Shown here: in pieces, positions 1 to 8,782 of the stretch
Numbering within the stretch: position 1 is the stretch's first letter
Layout of the letters: each line of letters opens with the position of its first letter
Source of the DNA: an archaeon
GTDB taxonomy: Archaea; EX4484-52; B79-G9
Length of the DNA stretch: 31,829 nucleotides
Direction: 5' to 3'
Assembly: GCA_043813875.1 (NCBI GenBank)
Contig: JBDRKP010000064.1
Location: forward strand, 1 to 31,829
Made by a program: the position numbers and the translations under genes
Notes under the pieces: generated by a model
Database searches by the model: none
What the model was told of the DNA's origin: nothing
The model's input: only the letters and a program-made list of their open reading frames with translations

Positions 1-12
1 AAGGCGCAAAAT

Positions 13-1047
13 ATGACCAAAAAGGAAAACAAAAAACTACCTGACAATCAGATAACTGTTTACCAGACATCCGATGGGCAGATCAATATAGAGGTAATGT
101 ACGCTAATGAAAATATATGGCTGCCCCAAAAAAGAATGGCCGAGTTATTCGGATGCAGCACAGACAACATCTCTTTGCACCTTAAAAACATATATGCAGA
201 AAAAGAACTTGACGAATCTGCAACTTCCGAGGATTTCTCGGCAGTTCAAATCGAAGGAAGCAGAAAGGTTACAAGGAAAATTACATACTATTCCCTTGAA
301 GCAATCATCGCTGTGGGATACAGGGTAAACTCAGAACGCGGCACGCAATTCAGGCAATGGGCAATTTCAGTCCTTCAGCAATATATCCACAAAGGATTTG
401 CAATAGACAGCGACAGATTCAAATATGGCACCCGTTTCAGCGCACGCTATTTTGACGACCTGCTCGAAGAAATCCGGGATATCCGTTCCAGTGAGCGGAT
501 GTTATATCAGAAAATTACAGATATTTACGCCACTTCAATTGACTATTCGCCAAAAGCAGAGGATACAAAACAATTCTTTGCGGCAGTCCAGAACAAGCTC
601 CACTTTGCCATTACCAAAAAGACCGCTGCCCAAATCATTGCCGCACGAGCCAAAAGCGAGAAGCCAAACATGGGATTGACATCATGGCGAAAAGCACCTG
701 CCGGTAAAATCCTGCCCGGTGACATTGCTGTAGCGAAAAACTATCTGGACAAACCCGAGCTTGATCATTTGAACCGTATAGTTACACTATATCTTGACTT
801 TGCTGAATTGCAGGCAGTTCGCAACTCACCAATGTATATGAAAGACTGGATTGAGAAGCTGAATGCATTCCTGAAGTTCAGTGAATACGAAATACTCACC
901 AATGCCGGGCAGATAAGTCATGAAGTTGCTCTGGCTCTTGCCAGCAAAGAATATGAGATATTCAAAAAAAATCAGGATAAAAATTACATATCAGATTTTG
1001 ACAAAGAGATACAGCGCATCAAAGGTAAAAAAGATGACAAAAATTAA
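13..1047 (+). CDS. RhuM-family (virulence RhuM-like) DNA-binding protein
   Basis: 344 aa with family-typical segments ENIWLPQKRMAELF, NISLHLKNIYAEKELDE, YYSLEAIIAVGYRVNSERGTQFRQWA, YFDDLLEEIRDIRSSER, VQNKLHFAIT; overlaps the hsdR start. Confidence 0.85.
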   Translation: MTKKENKKLPDNQITVYQTSDGQINIEVMYANENIWLPQKRMAELFGCSTDNISLHLKNIYAEKELDESATSEDFSAVQIEGSRKVTRKITYYSLEAIIAVGYRVNSERGTQFRQWAISVLQQYIHKGFAIDSDRFKYGTRFSARYFDDLLEEIRDIRSSERMLYQKITDIYATSIDYSPKAEDTKQFFAAVQNKLHFAITKKTAAQIIAARAKSEKPNMGLTSWRKAPAGKILPGDIAVAKNYLDKPELDHLNRIVTLYLDFAELQAVRNSPMYMKDWIEKLNAFLKFSEYEILTNAGQISHEVALALASKEYEIFKKNQDKNYISDFDKEIQRIKGKKDDKN

Positions 1048-4000
1048 AATCACAGAATCAGAAATAGAACGATTCGCCATCGAATTACTGGAAAAGTCCG
1101 GCTACCAATACATCTATGCGCCGGATATTGCCCCGGATAGTAAAACACCACAGCGGGCAGGATTCGAAGATGTTTTACTGCTGGAACATCTGAAAAAAGC
1201 AGTCAAGAGAATCAATCCCGGCATTCCGGCCGACGCCAGGGAAGATGCCATAAAACAGATACAGCGCCTCAATTCTCCAGAACTTATCGCCAACAATGAA
1301 TCATTTCACAAAATGCTCACCGAAGGCATAAAGGTAAGCTATCAAAAAGAAGGATCCGACAGGGGTGATCTGGTCTGGCTCCTCGATTTCAATAATCCTG
1401 AAAACAATGAGTTTATTGTTGCCAATCAATTTACCATCATTGAAAATAATGTGAACAAACGGCCCGATATCATTCTTTTTGTCAACGGTCTACCGCTCGT
1501 GGTCATCGAGCTGAAAAACCCTGCTGACGAGAACGCAACTGTAAAAAGCGCATTCAATCAGTTGCAGACCTACAAACAGGCAATCCCCGGGCTTTTCAAT
1601 TACAATGGCTTCCTCATCATTTCCGATGGCCTTGATACACGAGCAGGGTCGATATCACTTGGTTTCAGCCGCTTCATGGCATGGAAATCATCCGACGGCA
1701 AAACAGAGGCATCGCATTTAACCAGTCAACTGGAAATCCTGATCAATGGAATGCTCAATAAAAACACATTGTTAGATATGATCAGGCATTTTATAGTATT
1801 TGAAAAATCGAAAAAAGAAGACACCGAAACCGGCATAATCACCATCCAGACAGTCAAGAAAATAGCATATTATCATCAATATTATGCCGTAAACAAAGCT
1901 GTTGAATCAACTATTCGCGCTGCTGCAATCAATGACAACCCAATGCTGATTAAAGATGCACCCGAGAACTATGGATTGATGAATGTAGCGACACAGGCAA
2001 AAGGGGACAGGCGCGGCGGCGTTGTCTGGCATACACAGGGAAGCGGAAAGTCGCTTTCCATGGTATTTTATACCGGTAAGATTGTCCTTGCATTGGATAA
2101 CCCTACTATTGTGGTAATAACCGACCGCAACGATTTAGACGACCAGCTTTTTGACACATTTGCCGCTTCAAAGCAGCTTCTCAGACAGGATCCAGTGCAG
2201 GCAGAAAACAGGGAGCATTTGAAAGAACTGCTAAACGTCGCATCGGGTGGCGTGGTATTTACCACAATACAGAAATTCCAGCCCGAAGAAGGAAACGTTT
2301 ACCCTGAGCTATCAGACAGAAAAAACATCATTGTGATAGCTGACGAAGCCCACCGGACACAATACGGCTTCAGGGCAAAAACCATTGATGTCAAAGATGA
2401 ACATGGAAACGTAATCGGCAAAAAAATTGTTTACGGCTTTGCGAAATACACTCGCGACGCCCTGCCCAACGCAACTTATCTGGGTTTCACCGGTACGCCG
2501 ATAGAAAAAACAGACGTGAACACGCCTGCTGTTTTCGGCAATTATGTTGATGTTTACGACATATCCCAGGCTGTCGAAGACGGCGCCACAGTAAGAATCT
2601 ATTACGAGAGCAGACTGGCAAAAATCACACTCAGCAAGAACGGCAAAAAACTGCTCAAAGAACTGGACGAAGAACTGGAAAAAGAAGACCTTGCAGAAAC
2701 CCAAAAAGCCAAAGCGAAATGGACGCAATTTGAAGCTTTGATTGGCAGCGAAGAGCGGATAAAGCAGGTTGCATCGGACATTGTAACTCATTTCGGGCAA
2801 AGGCAGGAAGTGTCTGAAGGCAAGGGACTGATTGTTGCAATGTCAAGAAGGATTGCCGCCAATCTGTACGATGAAATAATAAAAATCAAGCCGCAATGGC
2901 ACAACGACGACCTCAAAAAGGGCGTTATCAAAGTTGTGATGACATCTGCATCTTCTGACGGTCCAAAGATTTCAAAGCATCATACCACAAAAGAACAGAG
3001 ACGAACTTTGGCAGAAAGAATGAAAGATCCGGAAGACGAATTAAAATTAGTTATCGTGCGAGATATGTGGCTTACTGGTTTCGATGGTCCGTGCCTGCAC
3101 ACGATGTATATAGATAAGCCCATGAAAGGCCATACCCTTATGCAGGCAATTGCACGGGTGAACAGAGTCTATAAAGACAAGCCAGGCGGATTAGTTGTTG
3201 ATTATCTTGGAATTGCGTCCGATTTGAAAGAAGCGTTATCATTTTATTCAGATAGCGGTGGGAAAGGTGATCCTGCTGTTCTTCAGGAAAAAGCAGTTCA
3301 GATGATGCATGAAAAATTAGAAATTGTTTCCCAGATGTTTCATGGTTTTTCCTATGATCATTACTTTACAGCAGACACATCAACAAAGCTATCAATAATA
3401 CTCGCTGCACAAGAGCATATACTTGGCCTTGAAAATGGCAAGAAACGTTATATTGATGAAGTGACAGCATTGTCAAGCGCATTTTCTATCGCCATTCCGC
3501 ACGAGCAGGCAATGGATGTGAAGGATACAGTTTCGTTCTATCAGGCGGTAAAGGCCCGGCTTGTAAAATTTGACAGCACTGGAACAGGCAAAACCAACGA
3601 CGAAATTGAAACCGCAATCAGGCAAGTTATCGATCAGGCACTTGTAACTGAAAAAGTGATAGACGTGTTTGATGCCGCAGGAATTAAAAAACCGGACATT
3701 TCCATATTATCAGAAGAATTTCTTTTAGAAGTCCAAAACATGGAACACAAAAATATCGCTCTGGAAGTTCTAAAAAAGTTGCTCAATGATGAAATTAAAG
3801 CCAGAGTAAAGAAGAATCTGGTTCAAAGTCGAACATTGATGGAAATGCTCGAAGATTCTATTCAGAAGTATCACAACAAGATCATTACAGCAGTAGAAGT
3901 AATAGATAAACTGATTGAACTTGGTAAAGAGATAAAGAGGATGGACAAAGAGCCGCATGAAATGGGTTTGTCCGATTTTGAATACGCTTTTTATACCGCT

Positions 4001-4258
4001 ATTGCGGATAATGATGGCGCCAGAGAACTGATGCAAAAAGAAACATTGCGGGAATTGGCTGTTGTTTTATTTGAAAAGGTGAAACAAAATGCATCGATCG
4101 ATTGGACAATAAAGGAAAGCGTCAGGGCAAAATTAAAAGTAATTGTAAAACGTACATTAAGACAATATGGTTATCCTCCTGATATGCAGGCACTTGCAAC
4201 AGAAACAGTGCTAAAGCAGGCGGAATTGATTGCAGATGAAATAACCCGTAGAGGATAG
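1034..4258 (+). CDS. hsdR: Type I restriction endonuclease subunit R
   Basis: PD-(D/E)xK nuclease motif RPDIILFVNGLPLVVIELK, Walker A HTQGSGKS, DEAH box (ADEAHR), GFTGTP, DMWLTGFD, QAIARVNR. Start taken as ATG 1034 (MTKIKITESEIE) rather than the ORF-track start at 920. Confidence 0.95.
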   Translation: MTKIKITESEIERFAIELLEKSGYQYIYAPDIAPDSKTPQRAGFEDVLLLEHLKKAVKRINPGIPADAREDAIKQIQRLNSPELIANNESFHKMLTEGIKVSYQKEGSDRGDLVWLLDFNNPENNEFIVANQFTIIENNVNKRPDIILFVNGLPLVVIELKNPADENATVKSAFNQLQTYKQAIPGLFNYNGFLIISDGLDTRAGSISLGFSRFMAWKSSDGKTEASHLTSQLEILINGMLNKNTLLDMIRHFIVFEKSKKEDTETGIITIQTVKKIAYYHQYYAVNKAVESTIRAAAINDNPMLIKDAPENYGLMNVATQAKGDRRGGVVWHTQGSGKSLSMVFYTGKIVLALDNPTIVVITDRNDLDDQLFDTFAASKQLLRQDPVQAENREHLKELLNVASGGVVFTTIQKFQPEEGNVYPELSDRKNIIVIADEAHRTQYGFRAKTIDVKDEHGNVIGKKIVYGFAKYTRDALPNATYLGFTGTPIEKTDVNTPAVFGNYVDVYDISQAVEDGATVRIYYESRLAKITLSKNGKKLLKELDEELEKEDLAETQKAKAKWTQFEALIGSEERIKQVASDIVTHFGQRQEVSEGKGLIVAMSRRIAANLYDEIIKIKPQWHNDDLKKGVIKVVMTSASSDGPKISKHHTTKEQRRTLAERMKDPEDELKLVIVRDMWLTGFDGPCLHTMYIDKPMKGHTLMQAIARVNRVYKDKPGGLVVDYLGIASDLKEALSFYSDSGGKGDPAVLQEKAVQMMHEKLEIVSQMFHGFSYDHYFTADTSTKLSIILAAQEHILGLENGKKRYIDEVTALSSAFSIAIPHEQAMDVKDTVSFYQAVKARLVKFDSTGTGKTNDEIETAIRQVIDQALVTEKVIDVFDAAGIKKPDISILSEEFLLEVQNMEHKNIALEVLKKLLNDEIKARVKKNLVQSRTLMEMLEDSIQKYHNKIITAVEVIDKLIELGKEIKRMDKEPHEMGLSDFEYAFYTAIADNDGARELMQKETLRELAVVLFEKVKQNASIDWTIKESVRAKLKVIVKRTLRQYGYPPDMQALATETVLKQAELIADEITRRG

Positions 4259-4568
4259 AGGATGAGGGCGTATAATATCTTCACTTTAAATAGAACAGCA
4301 CACAGAATCTAAGACAAAACTATCGCTATATGATGATTTTTGGAGACTAAAACATCACAGCACTTTGCTTTGTGCCGCGATGCGCTCTCGCGTCGCTTTA
4401 TGTAGTCGTTTTGTTAAATCCTTGCGGGAACTCCAGATCGCTGCGAAACATTTATTATGAATAAGGTCAAAAAACTCGAAAAAGAGATTGATGCTATTTC
4501 TCACTTACGCAAAATCCATCCAAAACCTATTTAATATTTTGTCCAGTTCTAAACATTAAGCTGATTTT

Positions 4569-7544
4569 ATGGGTATATTCAAGGGAAGAATTCTGCGCGT
4601 CGACCTCACGAAAAAAAATATAAGCGAGGAATATGCCGCCCCCAAAGACATACTAAGATACATCGGCGGCCGTGGCCTTGCAGCAAAAATACTCATCGAC
4701 GAACTCGACCCGAAAACAGATCCTCTTTCTGAAAAGAACATGATAATTCTCATGGCAGGCCCCCTGACAGGCCTTGCCCCAGCCTCAGGAAGATGCTCAT
4801 TCACGTCAAAATCCCCGCTTACCGGCACCATATTCGACTCGAACGTCGGCGGCTCCCTGGGTTATGAATTAAGAAAGACAGGCTACGACGGCGTCATAAT
4901 CACAGGCAGATCAGACACGCCTCTCTACCTTGAGATAACAGACAACAAGGCCGAGCTCAAAGACGCCAAACATCTCTGGACAAAGACCACAACAGAAACC
5001 ACAGAGCTCCTGGCCAAAGACAAATTCAAGGTCGCATGCATCGGTCCGGCAGGAGAGAATCTCGTATTATACTCATCGATAATCATAGACAGAAGCCGCG
5101 CAGCCGGCCGTGGGGGTCTTGGCGCAGTGCTCGGCTCAAAGAAGCTCAAGGCAATCGCCCTCAAAGGCACGCAAAAGATAGAGCCCGCAAACGAGTTCGC
5201 ATTCAGCGAACAGAAAAAACGCTTCCTTGAGATAATAAGAGGCCATCCGGTGACAGGAGACTCGCTCGGTCGTTTCGGCACCCTCGTTCTCATGAACCCC
5301 GTAAACAAGCACGGGATACTCCCCATAAACAACTTCCAGAAAGGCTTCTATGACAACGTGGAAAACATATCCGGCGAGACCATGCAGAAATACCTCACAA
5401 AAAAGACAGGATGCGCCCTCTGCCCCATAATGTGCGGAAGAGACGCTAACGTCGAAGGCGTAAAGACCCACGGTCCTGAATACGAAAGCACCTGGGCGCT
5501 CACAGTTCAGTGCGGTCACTCCGACGCAAAGACACTCGCCATCGCAAACAACCTCTGCAATGAATTAGGCCTTGACACCATAACCACAGGCAGCACAATC
5601 GGCTTTGCCATGGAATGCTCAGATAAAGGCCTCATCAAAGAAAAAATAACCTTCGGCGACACGAAAATAATCCCGGAACTCATAGAAAAGATCGCATACA
5701 AAAAAGACATCGGCGCACTCCTTTCAGAAGGCACCAAACGCATGGGAAAAAAACTGGGCGCAACCGACTTCGCGATAAACGTCAAAGGCCTCGAAATACC
5801 GGCATACGACCCACGCGGCGTAAAAGGCCAGGCATTGTCATACATGACATCAAACAGGGGCGGCTGCCACTTAAGAGCATACATGATCCCGCAGGAAGTG
5901 CTCTCCTCACCAAGATACTTAGACAACCTTGAGCTTGAGGACAAGGCAAGAAAGGTCCGCGACATCGAGAACATATTCGCAGTCATGGACTCGCTTGTCA
6001 TGTGCAAATTCACAACGATCGCAGTATTCGAGACATTCGACTACGAGATAGACATCTACGCAAGGATGCTCACGACCGCGACCGGCATGTACTTCGACGA
6101 AAAGGAGCTAAAGAAAGCAGGCGAGCGCATCTGGAACCTGGAGCGCCTCTTCAACACGAGAGCCGGCTTCACAAAAGAAGATGACCGGCTGCCGAAACGA
6201 TTTGAAGAGCCGATGCCGGAAGGCCCCGCAGAAGGCGAGACCGCAAAGATGGACAGTCTTCTCAGTGAATACTACACTCTCCGCGGCTGGGACGCATCAG
6301 GCATCCCGGAAGAGAAAAAACTGACAGCACTCAGCATAGATTTTGAAGAATCATGGCCGAAAAAGATAGTCTCTCTCAATCACGAATCACTGGAAGATGC
6401 CATATCAGACGCCAAAAAGAACCTCAAAAGCGGCGACTGGATAGAAGTGGCGTCCCCGCTCGTAAAAAGCCAGGGCGTCAACGCGATAATAGCGCTCAGG
6501 GCACTCTACCCTTACAAGACCATAATCGCAGACTACAAGACAATGGACACAGGATACCTAGAAGTCGAGATAGCGGCCCAGGCAGGCGCAGACATAGTCA
6601 CCATCTCAAGCCATGCAGGCAACCATACGATAATCGATGCCATCGGCGCAGCAAAGAAATACGGCGCAAAGATAATGATAGACCTCTTCGACGACATCAC
6701 GCGCGCAAAAGAAGTCGAGAAGCTCGGCGTGGACTACATCCGTGTATTCAAAAACGACATAATCGAAAAGCTTTCAAAAGAGATGAAGATACCGGTCGCA
6801 TCATTCATAGCATCAAAGCATGCAAAGCTGGCAGTCGAATCCTTCATCGACAAGGAACCTAAGGCGACAAAAAGAACAAAGACACCCGAGTTAGAGGGCA
6901 TCTGGCCGAAGCTCCAGGTAGCGCTTGACTTAAGGAACCTGAAAGAGGCCCTGAAGCTTGCCCGCGGCGCAAAAGAAGGCGGCGCACACTGGCTCGAAGT
7001 AGGGACGCCGCTGGTGAAAAGCGCAGGCATGGACGCGGTAAGAGAGATAAGAAAAGAGCACCCTGATTGCACCATCGTGGCTGACTTGAAGACATTAAGG
7101 AACGGCGGAAAAGAGGTCGCAATAGCGGCGCGTGCAGGCGCAGACATAATCGGCATCTGCGGCGCATCAGAGAACAGCATAATAAAAGACGCGATAAGGG
7201 CGGCAAAAGATTATAACGTGAAGATAATGGCTGACCTGATAGCAATAAAAGATCCTGTAGCCCGCGCAAAAGAGCTTGAAGACATGGGCGCAGACTACAT
7301 AGAATTCCATATTTCAGTCGACGAGCAGATGCGAAGCGGCAACGCGAAGATTCCGTTCCCTCTGGTCGAAAGCGTAGCAAAAGCCATAACGATACCGATG
7401 GGCGTCGCAGGCGGCATGAGAGCAGACACAGCGCCGCTCGCGATAAAGTCCGGCGCAAAGATTGCGGTAGTCGGCGGCTCTATAACGCGCGCAGCAGACC
7501 CGAAAAAAGCTTCGATAGTTATCCTGAAGGCCATCGGCAGATGA
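4569..7544 (+). CDS. Aldehyde:ferredoxin oxidoreductase (W/Mo-pterin, 4Fe-4S) fused to two tandem 3-hexulose-6-phosphate synthase/OMPDC-like domains
   Basis: Residues ~1-590 are AOR family (GRILRVDLT, YIGGRGL, KSPLTG, CIGPAGEN, GRGGLGAVLGSKKLKAI, CALCPIMC, GPEYES, GLDTI, YDPRG, RGGCHLR, LVMCKF, YYTLRGWD). Residues ~596-760 and ~779-991 are HPS-like (WIEVASPLVKSQG..ADYKTMDTG; LQVALD..WLEVGTPLVKSAG..ADLKT..VAGG..VVGGSIT). Confidence 0.9.
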   Translation: MGIFKGRILRVDLTKKNISEEYAAPKDILRYIGGRGLAAKILIDELDPKTDPLSEKNMIILMAGPLTGLAPASGRCSFTSKSPLTGTIFDSNVGGSLGYELRKTGYDGVIITGRSDTPLYLEITDNKAELKDAKHLWTKTTTETTELLAKDKFKVACIGPAGENLVLYSSIIIDRSRAAGRGGLGAVLGSKKLKAIALKGTQKIEPANEFAFSEQKKRFLEIIRGHPVTGDSLGRFGTLVLMNPVNKHGILPINNFQKGFYDNVENISGETMQKYLTKKTGCALCPIMCGRDANVEGVKTHGPEYESTWALTVQCGHSDAKTLAIANNLCNELGLDTITTGSTIGFAMECSDKGLIKEKITFGDTKIIPELIEKIAYKKDIGALLSEGTKRMGKKLGATDFAINVKGLEIPAYDPRGVKGQALSYMTSNRGGCHLRAYMIPQEVLSSPRYLDNLELEDKARKVRDIENIFAVMDSLVMCKFTTIAVFETFDYEIDIYARMLTTATGMYFDEKELKKAGERIWNLERLFNTRAGFTKEDDRLPKRFEEPMPEGPAEGETAKMDSLLSEYYTLRGWDASGIPEEKKLTALSIDFEESWPKKIVSLNHESLEDAISDAKKNLKSGDWIEVASPLVKSQGVNAIIALRALYPYKTIIADYKTMDTGYLEVEIAAQAGADIVTISSHAGNHTIIDAIGAAKKYGAKIMIDLFDDITRAKEVEKLGVDYIRVFKNDIIEKLSKEMKIPVASFIASKHAKLAVESFIDKEPKATKRTKTPELEGIWPKLQVALDLRNLKEALKLARGAKEGGAHWLEVGTPLVKSAGMDAVREIRKEHPDCTIVADLKTLRNGGKEVAIAARAGADIIGICGASENSIIKDAIRAAKDYNVKIMADLIAIKDPVARAKELEDMGADYIEFHISVDEQMRSGNAKIPFPLVESVAKAITIPMGVAGGMRADTAPLAIKSGAKIAVVGGSITRAADPKKASIVILKAIGR

Positions 7545-7603
7545 TTTCTTATCATTGAAAATGATCGAGAACCTTTACGATCATGCATTACTATGGTCAT
7601 CAT

Positions 7604-8782
7604 ATGAAGCGAAAAATAAATTCCCTCTTCTCTGAAAGGAGACTTATACTGGATTCCAGCATGGTCTTTTCTGCAAGTTTTATCGGCGCAATCTTCATGT
7701 TCGCATCAAGCGTCGCACTGTCGCGCATCTTCAGCCCGGAGATTTTCGGCAACTACAAGACGCTGGTCAATCTTTTTCTCTTCATTCCCGCGCTTCTTGA
7801 TTTCGGCGCATCCCCCACACTCACCAGATATATCGCCGGATTCATGGCAAAAAAAGAGGAAGGAAAGATCAACCGCATGATCCGGTTTTTCCTGAAGATC
7901 AAAGGGATATCGGTCCTTTCTGTATCTCTCATGATATATCTGTCTCGCGATGCCTTTGCAGGCACATTTTTGAAGGACTCTTCTCTCTCATACCTGATAG
8001 TGCCCGGCCTCCTGCTCTCAGTTTCCTTTTTATTTGACCTCACCAAGCCGGTGATATCGGGCCTGCAGGATTTCAGGCTTCTATCATTCTCGAATTTCCT
8101 CACTACAGCATGCATAGGGATATTCAGCATAGTGCTCGGCTATTATTACGGCGTCTATTACGCCCTGTTGGGCTGGTCGCTTGCTTATTTTGCAGGGAAC
8201 CTGCCCAATATTTATCATATATCGAAAAGACGGCTCTTCAGCAAAAACTCACTATCATTGGATATCGGCCCTATCTTCAGAAGCTATGCTCTTCCGATGC
8301 AGATGATGATGATATTGAACACATCAAGTCTGGCCGTGATTCCGGTCCTGAGCCTCTTCTTTGCCCAGAAGCTGATAGGATACTACGGCTTTGCATGGAC
8401 ATTTTACAGCGGGATAATGCTTGTCCCCATAACCTTTTCTCAGGTGCTTTTCCCTAAAGTAAGCGAGCTTAAGGCGAATAATAAAGCCACAAGAAGCTCC
8501 ATAGTCAGTATACTGGCTGTATACACGCTTATCGTACTGACAGGTGTTACGGCAATACATCTGTTCTCCCCCGAGATAATATCGCTTGTATCCGCAGCAT
8601 ATCTTCCGGGCCTCCATATATTCAGGTGGCTGAACATCGCCGGCCTGTTGCTTGGCTATCTGTTCATATACGCGAACTATCTGAGCGCAAAAGGCAGTAT
8701 AAGAAGCGCATCGATTGTCTTTTTTGTTATGAATATGGCGCTGTTTGCTGTGAGTTTTGCATTGCTTTTCAGTTGGGCATAA
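7604..8782 (+). CDS. Oligosaccharide flippase (Wzx/RfbX, MOP superfamily)
   Basis: Multi-pass hydrophobic protein with SRIFSPEIFGNY, LLDFGASPTLTRYIA, IGYYGFA and QVLFPKVS segments typical of Wzx-like flippases; adjacent to glycosyltransferases. Start may be 7583 or 7604. Confidence 0.8.
   Translation: MKRKINSLFSERRLILDSSMVFSASFIGAIFMFASSVALSRIFSPEIFGNYKTLVNLFLFIPALLDFGASPTLTRYIAGFMAKKEEGKINRMIRFFLKIKGISVLSVSLMIYLSRDAFAGTFLKDSSLSYLIVPGLLLSVSFLFDLTKPVISGLQDFRLLSFSNFLTTACIGIFSIVLGYYYGVYYALLGWSLAYFAGNLPNIYHISKRRLFSKNSLSLDIGPIFRSYALPMQMMMILNTSSLAVIPVLSLFFAQKLIGYYGFAWTFYSGIMLVPITFSQVLFPKVSELKANNKATRSSIVSILAVYTLIVLTGVTAIHLFSPEIISLVSAAYLPGLHIFRWLNIAGLLLGYLFIYANYLSAKGSIRSASIVFFVMNMALFAVSFALLFSWA

Noticed and set aside
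920..1033. N-terminal extension of HsdR in the ORF track
   Set aside because: Overlaps the RhuM gene; HsdR-like sequence starts at ATG 1034.
4314..4414. tRNA gene (cloverleaf-like pairing)
   Set aside because: No T-loop GTTCRA or D-loop GG consensus, and arm lengths are wrong.
6859..7458. 199-aa minus-strand ORF and other ORFs overlapping the AOR fusion
   Set aside because: Shadow frames of a strongly conserved gene.
6354..7544. Orotidine-5'-phosphate decarboxylase (pyrF) assignment
   Set aside because: Motifs EVGTPL, DxKTMD.G and the strand-6 His match HPS/KGPDC, not the DxKxxDIPxT motif of PyrF.
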